Positions 37,426 to 45,309 of a stretch of 64,000 bases of DNA are shown here, in pieces; the first letter of the stretch is position 1; each line of letters begins with the position of its first letter. Below the pieces are notes generated by a model that saw nothing but the letters and a program-made list of their open reading frames with translations, was not told the origin of the DNA and searched no databases. The position numbers were made by a program, and so were the translations under genes. Source of the stretch: Candidatus Gastranaerophilales bacterium (lineage in GTDB: Bacteria; Cyanobacteriota; Vampirovibrionia; Gastranaerophilales; Gastranaerophilaceae); the NCBI GenBank assembly GCA_944324945.1, contig CALUYE010000007.1:2501-66500 (forward strand), in the 5' to 3' direction.

Positions 37426-38820
37426 TTTATCCTGCTTTAAGCCTTGGATAATCGCATCCGTTACTTTTTTTACCTGTTTAAGTTCAAGCCCTATGGAATT
37501 AATTTTTTTATAAATTTCACTGTTGACACAAGGAATTATAGCCTTCTTAAAGCCGAGCTTGCAGGCTTCTTTAAGTCTGCGCTCAATATTTGCAACAGGT
37601 CTTACTTCGCCCAAAAGTCCGATTTCGCCTATTATTATCGTTTTATTTGATATCGGAATATCGCGGATGGAGCTTATTATAGCTAAACATAACGCTAAAT
37701 CATACCCTGGTTCTATAATATCCAACCCCCCGACAACATTCACATAAACATCCTGCTTTGATAAATTCAAACCGACTTTTTTTTCTAAAACCGCAACAAT
37801 TTGAAGCAATCTGTTATAATCAAGCCCCAATACAACGCGTCTTGGGTTAGGATAAGGGGTTGAACCTACAAGAGCTTGAATTTCATGTAAAAATATTCTG
37901 CTTCCTTCAACAACAGCCGTTACGGCACAGCCCGATGCGTCCTCATATTGATCCAAAAGCATGGATGAAGGAGAATTTACTTCAACTAATCCGTTATCCT
38001 CCATTTTAAAAACGCCTACTTCGGAGATTGCCCCGAATCTGTTTTTAATACATCTTAAAAGCCTGTATTGTCTGTATTTATCCCCTTCGAAGTTTATAAC
38101 ACAGTCAACCATGTGTTCTAAAACTTTAGGGCCTGCAATATTTCCTTCTTTTGTAACATGACCTATTATTATCGTTGTTATGTTTTTTTGTTTTGCAATT
38201 CTCATTAAAACATTTGTACATTCTCTGATTTGCGATACACTTCCGCAGGATGAGGCAATATTTGCGCAAAAAACGCTTTGAATACTGTCTACAATTAAAA
38301 AATCAGGCTTTATTATATCAATCTGATTTATAATTTCATCAATACATGTTTGATTTGTTAAATATAAATTTTCAGGCTCAACCCCGAGTCTTTTTGCCCT
38401 TAATTTAACCTGTGTCGGGCTTTCTTCCGCACAAATATATAATACTTTTAAATTTTCATTGTTAAATTTAATATCGCAGATGCATTTTGTTGTTTGTAAA
38501 ACTAAAGTAGATTTGCCAATCCCAGGATCTCCCGCTAAAAGAGTCAAGGAGCCTTCTACAAACCCTCCGCCTAAGACTCTGTCCAGTTCATCTATACCGC
38601 TTTTGAATCTTGTTCTTTCATCAAGTTTTATTTCTTTTATTTTTTCAATTTTACTATCGGAAATTATATTCGAAGGTTTTGACGAATCAGGTTTAGTTTG
38701 CTGCGCTACCACTTCTTCGACAAGAGTGCCGAATTGATTACATTCAGGGCATCTTCCAAGATATGAAACGGTTTCATACCCGCATGATTGACAGACCCAT
38801 TTTGTTTTTGTTTTAGCCAT
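37420..38820 (-). CDS. radA: DNA repair protein RadA/Sms
   Basis: Zinc ribbon CQSCGYETVSYLGRCPEC, Walker A LLAGDPGIGKST, KNRFG motif, and a Lon-like C-terminal domain. Confidence 0.95.
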   Translation of the reverse strand: MAKTKTKWVCQSCGYETVSYLGRCPECNQFGTLVEEVVAQQTKPDSSKPSNIISDSKIEKIKEIKLDERTRFKSGIDELDRVLGGGFVEGSLTLLAGDPGIGKSTLVLQTTKCICDIKFNNENLKVLYICAEESPTQVKLRAKRLGVEPENLYLTNQTCIDEIINQIDIIKPDFLIVDSIQSVFCANIASSCGSVSQIRECTNVLMRIAKQKNITTIIIGHVTKEGNIAGPKVLEHMVDCVINFEGDKYRQYRLLRCIKNRFGAISEVGVFKMEDNGLVEVNSPSSMLLDQYEDASGCAVTAVVEGSRIFLHEIQALVGSTPYPNPRRVVLGLDYNRLLQIVAVLEKKVGLNLSKQDVYVNVVGGLDIIEPGYDLALCLAIISSIRDIPISNKTIIIGEIGLLGEVRPVANIERRLKEACKLGFKKAIIPCVNSEIYKKINSIGLELKQVKKVTDAIIQGLKQDKS

Positions 38821-38856
38821 AGGTTTATTTTAACATAATTTTAAACCAATAAAAAA

Positions 38857-39075
38857 TTAAATTTCAATAATATTACCAAGAGGAATTTCAAGCGAATTTA
38901 CAAGTTCAACAAGCTTTTTGACAGTCAGATTCTGTTCCCCTCTTTCAATTTTTCCGATGTAATTGGTATGAACGTTTGCAAGTTCCGCAAAGCGTTCCTG
39001 AGACAGGTGTTTTTTGGTGCGCTCAACTCTAAACTTAAGTCCTATGCGTTTTAAGACTGTCTTGTAATCTTCCAT
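38857..39075 (-). CDS. XRE-family HTH transcriptional regulator (XRE3, 72 aa)
   Basis: LKFRVERTKKHLSQERFAELANVHTNYIGKIERGEQN. Divergent from pilin paralog 3. No SD upstream of its ATG (possibly a short leader or leaderless). Confidence 0.85.
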   Translation of the reverse strand: MEDYKTVLKRIGLKFRVERTKKHLSQERFAELANVHTNYIGKIERGEQNLTVKKLVELVNSLEIPLGNIIEI

Positions 39076-39087
39076 AAGGAGATTTTA

Positions 39088-39126
39088 CACTATTGACATA
39101 GTGGTTTCTATACTATTATAATAGTG
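39088..39126. promoter_or_regulatory. Twin 16-bp palindromic operators overlapping the -35 and -10 of the pilin-3 promoter
   Basis: CACTATtgacATAGTG (39088-39103) and TACTATtataATAGTG (39111-39126), with centres 23 bp apart. Confidence 0.65.
39094..39122 (+). promoter_or_regulatory. Consensus sigma70 promoter for pilin paralog 3
   Basis: TTGACA (39094-39099), a 17-nt spacer, then TATAAT (39117-39122). It lies 44 nt upstream of ATG 39166. Confidence 0.75.
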
Positions 39127-39165
39127 GATAAAGATAATATTATTTTTATTGAGATAGGAATTTAT

Positions 39166-39924
39166 ATGAGAAAGTTTGGTTTTACTTTAGCGGAAATTTT
39201 AATCGTTTTAGTTATAATAGGCGTTTTAACCATGATACTTTTACCGATTGCATTTCAGAGTTCTCCTGATGAACAGGTTATGAAATTTAAAAAAGGATAT
39301 AATACATTAGGTACTGTCATTCGTGAACTTGTAACATCAGATAAATATTATCAAAACGGAGACTTAGGGCTTAAAAAAGACGGTACGCTTATTTTAAATA
39401 ATGATAATACAAGAAGCTATTTTTGCGAAACTTTTTCGGATGTTGTAAGCACAAAAAATGTAAATTGTATGGAAGATAATTTAGTAAGAGGAACGGTTTT
39501 ATTAAACAGACAAGAAGTGGGCACAGGGTACACCCCTAAAACTCCAAGCGAAGAAGATATTAAAAATTCAAAGGAACTTTTTGATACAAACTGCAAAAAT
39601 GCCCAAAAAGACATGCCTGAAGAAATCGTATTAAATGACGATACGATTTTTTATAACGCGGGTACTGCTGCTTTTGGCTCCCATGAAACCTATAGTGAAG
39701 ACGGGACGCCGATTCACCTTCGTTTTTTCTCGCCGCCCGATCAGTTTCCCGCTAATTATTGTGATGAAAACGGTTTTGATATAGCCTATAAGACTTTTTG
39801 CATGGATATAGACGGCTTTAATAAAGGCGAAGACCCTTTCGGTTTTGGAATAAGAGCAGATGGAAAAATCTTAACGGGTGCGCGTGCGGATGAATGGATA
39901 AATAAATCTATTCAAAAAGATTAA
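39166..39924 (+). CDS. Prepilin-type N-terminal cleavage/methylation domain protein, paralog 3
   Basis: MRKFG|FTLAEILIVLVIIGVLTMILLP. ATG 39166 preferred because the track's upstream start lies in the promoter. Conserved N- and C-blocks as in paralogs 1 and 2. Confidence 0.85.
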   Translation: MRKFGFTLAEILIVLVIIGVLTMILLPIAFQSSPDEQVMKFKKGYNTLGTVIRELVTSDKYYQNGDLGLKKDGTLILNNDNTRSYFCETFSDVVSTKNVNCMEDNLVRGTVLLNRQEVGTGYTPKTPSEEDIKNSKELFDTNCKNAQKDMPEEIVLNDDTIFYNAGTAAFGSHETYSEDGTPIHLRFFSPPDQFPANYCDENGFDIAYKTFCMDIDGFNKGEDPFGFGIRADGKILTGARADEWINKSIQKD

Positions 39925-40583
39925 AGCAATTTATCAACGTATTCAATTATTTTTTGATGAATTTCCTGTGGCGATTTTGTGCCGTCAAGTTCGATAAAAT
40001 TATATTCTTTTATTAATTTTTTATATTCCAAAAGGCATCTTTTTTGATATATCTCAAAGCTGTTATAAATATCCGTTGACAGACCTATGTCTCTGCCTGC
40101 TTCAAAATAATCAAGACCGCCGTTTTTTGCAATTAATCTTTTAATTAAAATATCAACGGGAACATTTAAATAAAAAACTAAATCAGGCTCGGGGGCAAAT
40201 TCATAAAGATTTTTTACCCATTCAATGTTATGTCCTCTGACGGAATCTCTAACGTATGCCGTATAAATGTATCTATCCATTAAAACGACAAATCCAGCTT
40301 TAAGCGCGGGTATAATTTCGTTTTCGAGTCTGTCTGTGTAGTCTGCGGCATATAAAAGAGAATATGTTGTTGTGTTTAACATATTTTTTTCTTTTGCTTC
40401 ATTGATTACGCCCGAAATTAATCTTGAAGTTTTCCACTGGGAGACTGTGCAGCCGTAGCATTTATTTTTAATATATTGCGATAATAAATTAACCTGGCTC
40501 GATCTTCCCGAACCATCCGTTCCTTCAATTACTATCAATAACCCGTCGTAACCGTGGGGTGTTTTATTATTCTTTGTTTTCAT
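39921..40583 (-). CDS. Thymidylate-kinase-like protein B (P-loop Lys replaced by Arg)
   Basis: LLIVIEGTDGSGRSSQ (consensus GxxGxGK[ST]) and a DRY motif (LMDRYIYTAY). About 45% identical by eye to the upstream paralog. Confidence 0.7.
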   Translation of the reverse strand: MKTKNNKTPHGYDGLLIVIEGTDGSGRSSQVNLLSQYIKNKCYGCTVSQWKTSRLISGVINEAKEKNMLNTTTYSLLYAADYTDRLENEIIPALKAGFVVLMDRYIYTAYVRDSVRGHNIEWVKNLYEFAPEPDLVFYLNVPVDILIKRLIAKNGGLDYFEAGRDIGLSTDIYNSFEIYQKRCLLEYKKLIKEYNFIELDGTKSPQEIHQKIIEYVDKLL

Positions 40584-41253
40584 TTAAAACTTTTCTTTCT
40601 TTTAAAAGCGCACTTACTTTTTCTCTTAAAAATTTTTGTTTATTGCGGATACTGTCAAGTGCATCGATTTTTATTAAGCCGAATTCATCAATCATTTGTT
40701 TATATTGTTCTACAATTCTGTTTTGAAAAATGACATAACTTTTATAAGGGTTATTTGATAACTTCATATCCATGCCCGCTTCATAAAAACTTGGTTGTCT
40801 GTTTGAGCAGATTCGCTCTAAGCTGTCTTTGGGGCTTACGTCAAAATAAAAAGTTATATCGGGTTTAATTGCAAAAGAATACATATTCCTAACCCATTTC
40901 GGATCAACATTACGCGCAACATCACGTGCAAATGCGGTATAAACATATCTATCCGCCAAAACAACAAAGCCTGCTTTAAGAGCGGGTTTTATTGTGCGTT
41001 CCAATCTGTCTGCAAAATCAACGGCATGCAAAAGAGAAAAAGTTCTTCCCGATAAAAGATTTTTCTTTTTTGCTTTTTTTGTCGTATTTGAAATTAAATC
41101 AGACGAATTCCACTGGGTTAAAATTGTATCAACATTTATTGAATTAAGCCATGAGTGCAACAATTCAATCTGGGTTGATTTACCTGAACCGTCAATTCCT
41201 TCAACACAAATTAATACACCTTTATAGTCATGGTTTTTTGAAAATCTTATCAT
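40567..41253 (-). CDS. Thymidylate-kinase-like protein A
   Basis: LICVEGIDGSGKSTQ P-loop and LADRYVYTAF. Overlaps the downstream paralog by 17 nt. Confidence 0.75.
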   Translation of the reverse strand: MIRFSKNHDYKGVLICVEGIDGSGKSTQIELLHSWLNSINVDTILTQWNSSDLISNTTKKAKKKNLLSGRTFSLLHAVDFADRLERTIKPALKAGFVVLADRYVYTAFARDVARNVDPKWVRNMYSFAIKPDITFYFDVSPKDSLERICSNRQPSFYEAGMDMKLSNNPYKSYVIFQNRIVEQYKQMIDEFGLIKIDALDSIRNKQKFLREKVSALLKERKVLNENKE

Positions 41254-41341
41254 TTTCTGCCTTGTATTTTTGTTTGTACAATAATATTATTAATAATAGA
41301 TTAGATTTGAAAAAATGTAAATCTGATTATTTTATTTAATT

Positions 41342-42220
41342 ATGGAGAACAAAATGATTTTCGGCTTAATAAAAAAATCTTACGAAACCGTTATGGAAAA
41401 CCCTTCAATAACTTTATATTTCGTACTTTATTTAATCGTGTTAAATTTTCTTATTGCTTGGGTTATTACATCAAATAATATTAATGCTTCAATTACATTA
41501 ATTGTAGCATCCATGCTGCTTTCAATGGCTTTTAGCTCGGGCTGGTTTCAGGTATTTTGTGAATCCATTGATAAAGATAAAATTAAAGAAAAGAACTATT
41601 TTTCAATCTTTCTTGAAGGAATGGGAAAAAATATAATTCCTGTTGCAATAGCATCAATTATATTCACTTTTTTAATAACAGGGGTGATTATACTAAGCAG
41701 TGTTATTTTAAATCTATTATATAAAGATTTCGACTCTGTCTTAAGAGAGATTATAATTATAGCTTCCGGGGCACCTGCGGGCGATTTTATGAAAAGTTTA
41801 TCCGAAAATCAAAAATACATGCTCTACATCTGGCAGATGGTCATTAATTTATTAAGTGCAATTTGTACTTTTATTTTTATGTATTATTTCCCTTCAATTG
41901 TAAAAAGTAATTGCAAAAATATGTTTTTAAAACCGTTTTATGAATTATGGAAAAGTGTTTGCTTTTTGTTTAAGAACTTTTTTGCGTCTTTATTGATATT
42001 TTTTATTATATACATGGTTCATATTATCTTTAATGTTTTAAAAATTTATTTGATACATAACTCGATTTTATCAATATTGCTTTTGTTTATGTGGATATAT
42101 TTTATATCAATTTCAATTATGCTAATATTTAACTACTATGAGCAAAAAAATATATGTAATAACGGGCCCGACTGCATCGAACAAAACACAAACAGCAATT
42201 CAAGCAGCGAAGAAAATTAA
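41342..42220 (+). CDS. Hypothetical polytopic membrane protein (292 aa)
   Basis: About 6 hydrophobic segments. The C-terminal 27 codons overlap miaA. Confidence 0.55.
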   Translation: MENKMIFGLIKKSYETVMENPSITLYFVLYLIVLNFLIAWVITSNNINASITLIVASMLLSMAFSSGWFQVFCESIDKDKIKEKNYFSIFLEGMGKNIIPVAIASIIFTFLITGVIILSSVILNLLYKDFDSVLREIIIIASGAPAGDFMKSLSENQKYMLYIWQMVINLLSAICTFIFMYYFPSIVKSNCKNMFLKPFYELWKSVCFLFKNFFASLLIFFIIYMVHIIFNVLKIYLIHNSILSILLLFMWIYFISISIMLIFNYYEQKNICNNGPDCIEQNTNSNSSSEEN

Positions 42221-43007
42221 TTGTGATATAATTTGCGCCGATTCAAGAATTGTTTATAAAGATTTGGATATAGTAAGCGCAAAACCGACATTAATTGAAC
42301 AGGATGGAATAACTCATCATTTAATTGATATAATAACTCCCGAGATTGAATTTTCGGCAGGCGATTTTGTAAAACATGCTAAAAAAATTATAGATGAAGA
42401 ATTTAAAAAAGGTAAAGATATAATAATTTCAGGCGGCACCTGGTTTTATATAAAAAGCCTGCTTGATAAAGACAGTCTGCCTGATTGCAAGATAAACAAA
42501 GAGTTAAGAGAAGAATTAAATAAGCTTGATAAAATTGAATTATGGGAAAAATTAAACAAGCTCGATTCCGTGCGTGCTCAAAAAATTCACCCCAACAACA
42601 AAGATAAAGTTATACGCTCAATTGAACTTTGCCTTGAATTAAATATGCCCGTAAGCGAATATCAAAGAAAAGAAAATAAAAAATACAAGTCTTTCTGGTA
42701 TATGATGGATTTTTCAAGAGAAGAACTGTATAAAAGAATTGATTTAAGAGTTGATAAAATGATAGAATCGGGTTTAATTGAAGAATGGGAAAGAAATTCA
42801 AAAAAATACCCGAATTCAGCAATTTTAAAAAACACAATAGGTTATAAAGAATTTTTTGATTATAAAGACGGCATTTATAAAACAAAAAATGAAGCCATTG
42901 ATAAAATCAAGCAACACACAAGAAATTTTGCAAAAAGACAATTGACATATTTTAGACAAAATAAAAATATAAAACTGATTAAATCCGCGGATGATATAAA
43001 TGATTAA
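42138..43007 (+). CDS. miaA: tRNA dimethylallyltransferase
   Basis: IYVITGPTASNKT P-loop, HHLID, GGTWFY. Confidence 0.9.
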   Translation: MSKKIYVITGPTASNKTQTAIQAAKKINCDIICADSRIVYKDLDIVSAKPTLIEQDGITHHLIDIITPEIEFSAGDFVKHAKKIIDEEFKKGKDIIISGGTWFYIKSLLDKDSLPDCKINKELREELNKLDKIELWEKLNKLDSVRAQKIHPNNKDKVIRSIELCLELNMPVSEYQRKENKKYKSFWYMMDFSREELYKRIDLRVDKMIESGLIEEWERNSKKYPNSAILKNTIGYKEFFDYKDGIYKTKNEAIDKIKQHTRNFAKRQLTYFRQNKNIKLIKSADDIND

Positions 43008-43551
43008 AAAAATTACTGCATTTTTATTGATATTTCTAAATTTTTATCTAACGGCACATTCTCTTGAAGCAGGCGTTAAATATAGCGATATGAGAGCAAA
43101 GATTGAAGCATTCAAAGATGTTCAAAAAAAGATAGATAAAGATTTATTTAAGGAATATAAAAAAGATAAAAATAAAGATGAAAACATTTCACTCATTGAA
43201 AAAAACATTCTAAATACCAAAGGAAGACAATTATATCCTTTTTATTATAAAAAAACTCTTATTGCGTATGCGATTATGTATGATGAAAAAAAATTTTGGG
43301 TATTTTATTATAATATCTTGGGAAACCTTATAAAAGTAGATATTCAGGAAAATTCAAATAAATTCCCGACAAGAACTCTAAGCTATACAAGATTCGGTAA
43401 TTTAGCAGGTGTTGTTTTTTCTGTAAGCGAAGATGAACAATTTATTTACAACAAAAACGCAAAATTAATAGCTCACTGGATTGGGAATGATTTATATAAT
43501 AAGGATAATTTAAATTTTAAATTTTTAAAAATAAAAAGAGGACTAAAATAG
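43000..43551 (+). CDS. Hypothetical secreted protein (183 aa)
   Basis: N-terminal signal-like segment ITAFLLIFLNFYLTAHS. Start overlaps the miaA end. Confidence 0.5.
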   Translation: MIKKITAFLLIFLNFYLTAHSLEAGVKYSDMRAKIEAFKDVQKKIDKDLFKEYKKDKNKDENISLIEKNILNTKGRQLYPFYYKKTLIAYAIMYDEKKFWVFYYNILGNLIKVDIQENSNKFPTRTLSYTRFGNLAGVVFSVSEDEQFIYNKNAKLIAHWIGNDLYNKDNLNFKFLKIKRGLK

Positions 43552-43585
43552 GTTTTTAAACAAGTGATACTTAAATATATAAAAG

Positions 43586-43849
43586 CTAATCAGACGCTTT
43601 AAAAATTTCATCAGAGAGTTCTTTATCCAAAATTTCGCCAAATTCCTTAAAACTCAAACCTAAAGCCTTAACTATTCTTGCTATTGTGTATAATTTCGGA
43701 CTTCTTAAACCGGATTCAATATTATTCAATGTAGAATCCGCGATGCAATTTTCATCACAGAAAATAACATATTTTTTAGGGTTATTCTGTCTTAAATTCT
43801 TAATAACCCTTCCTATAATTTCCGAAAATTTACGTTCATTATCTTGCAT
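43586..43849 (-). CDS. Small XRE-like HTH protein (XRE4, 87 aa)
   Basis: From ATG 43849: MQDNERKFSEIIGRVIKNLRQ...STLNNIESGLRSPKLYTIARIVKALG. The track's longer N-terminus looks non-coding. Confidence 0.55.
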   Translation of the reverse strand: MQDNERKFSEIIGRVIKNLRQNNPKKYVIFCDENCIADSTLNNIESGLRSPKLYTIARIVKALGLSFKEFGEILDKELSDEIFKASD

Positions 43850-43880
43850 TATAACAATATTAATGCTAAAGTTAATCCTG

Positions 43881-43902
43881 TTACTCCCCAATTGGGGAGT
43901 AA
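43881..43902. promoter_or_regulatory. Perfect 22-nt palindrome (operator or T-less terminator)
   Basis: TTACTCCCCAATTGGGGAGTAA, between the stop of the DAACS gene (43976) and the start of XRE4 (43849). No flanking U-run on either strand. Confidence 0.4.
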
Positions 43903-43975
43903 AATAAAGTAAAATATGCAGAAGGAAAAAATATTTATAAAAAGGCTTAATTAAATACATTTACGGTATAAAAAA

Positions 43976-45217
43976 TTAAAGCGTTTTAACGAATTTTTGC
44001 ATTTTTTCGTAATCAAAATCGTTTTCCCATCTTGCAACAACAGCAGTTGCAACGCAGTTGCCGATTAAATTTACGGTTGTTCTTCCCATATCTAAAATTT
44101 GATCAATGCCTAATAACACGGCAACCCCGACAATAGGAAGTCCGAAACTTGTTAAAGTACCCGTTAAAATAACTAAAGAAACCCTTGGAACCCCTGCTAT
44201 ACCTTTTGAAGTTAACATTAGGGTAAGCATAATCATTAATTGCTGTTCGATTGATAAATTAATCCCTGCAATTTGCGCACAAAACAGTGTTGCAAGCGTT
44301 AAATATAAAGTTGAACCGTCAAGGTTAAAAGTATATCCCATAGGCATTACAAAACTTACAATGCTTTTGGGTACGCCGAATTTTTCCATTTGACTCATTG
44401 CTTTAGGCAATGCCGCTTCGGACGATGCTGTTGTAAAAGCTAAAAGTGCAGGGTCTTTAATTGTTTTAATTATATTCCTGAATGAAACGTTAATAATTTT
44501 ACAAGCGAGCACAAGAACAATAACAACAAATAAAATTAAAGCAAAATAAGTAATTCCGATTAATTTTGCATAATTTAAAAGAATTCCGATTCCGTTTTGT
44601 CCGATAGTTGCGCTTATTGCTCCAAATACTCCCAAAGGAGCAAATTTCATAACGTATTCCGTAAATTTAAACATTACATCGCACGTACTTTGAAGAATAT
44701 CTAATACGGGTCTTGCTTTTTGACCGACAGCACAGACGGCAAGAGAAAAGAATACCGCAAAAACAACAATCTGCAATAAATCCCCTTTAGCTAATGCATC
44801 AAATATGCTTGTCGGGACTATGTTTACAATCATATCAACAAAAGAATGCGCTTTTATTGTCTGCATATTTTCAACCGCGGAAATTGAAATTGTATTTATA
44901 TCAATACTAAAACCCGATCCCGGTTTTAGAATATTTGCCGTTACAAGTCCTAAAATAAGAGCGATTGTAGTCGCAGCTTCAAAATAGATTAGTGCTTTTA
45001 AGCCGATTTTACCAAGACTTTTAACATCACCGTGTCCTGCTATACCTACGGTTAAAGTAGCAAAAATCAAAGGGGCGATTATCATTTTTACCATTTTTAA
45101 AAATATTTCGCCCAAAGGCTGCATTTTAACGGCATATTGCGGCAAAAGCCAGCCGAATAATATGCCTGAAATCAATGCTATAAAAATATAAAGCGTAAGC
45201 TTTTTGGAACTTTTCAA
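43976..45217 (-). CDS. Dicarboxylate/amino acid:cation symporter (DAACS/GltP-DctA family)
   Basis: MVKMIIAPLIFATL, TASSEAALP, GYTFNLDGSTLY, NLIGNCVAT. Confidence 0.9.
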   Translation of the reverse strand: MKSSKKLTLYIFIALISGILFGWLLPQYAVKMQPLGEIFLKMVKMIIAPLIFATLTVGIAGHGDVKSLGKIGLKALIYFEAATTIALILGLVTANILKPGSGFSIDINTISISAVENMQTIKAHSFVDMIVNIVPTSIFDALAKGDLLQIVVFAVFFSLAVCAVGQKARPVLDILQSTCDVMFKFTEYVMKFAPLGVFGAISATIGQNGIGILLNYAKLIGITYFALILFVVIVLVLACKIINVSFRNIIKTIKDPALLAFTTASSEAALPKAMSQMEKFGVPKSIVSFVMPMGYTFNLDGSTLYLTLATLFCAQIAGINLSIEQQLMIMLTLMLTSKGIAGVPRVSLVILTGTLTSFGLPIVGVAVLLGIDQILDMGRTTVNLIGNCVATAVVARWENDFDYEKMQKFVKTL

Positions 45218-45309
45218 AGTATTCTCCTAATCGGCTTTAACAATTATATTATAAAAGCATTAAAAATCCAATGAAATGAAGCATCTTTATATATTTTTAA
45301 TTTCAGGGT

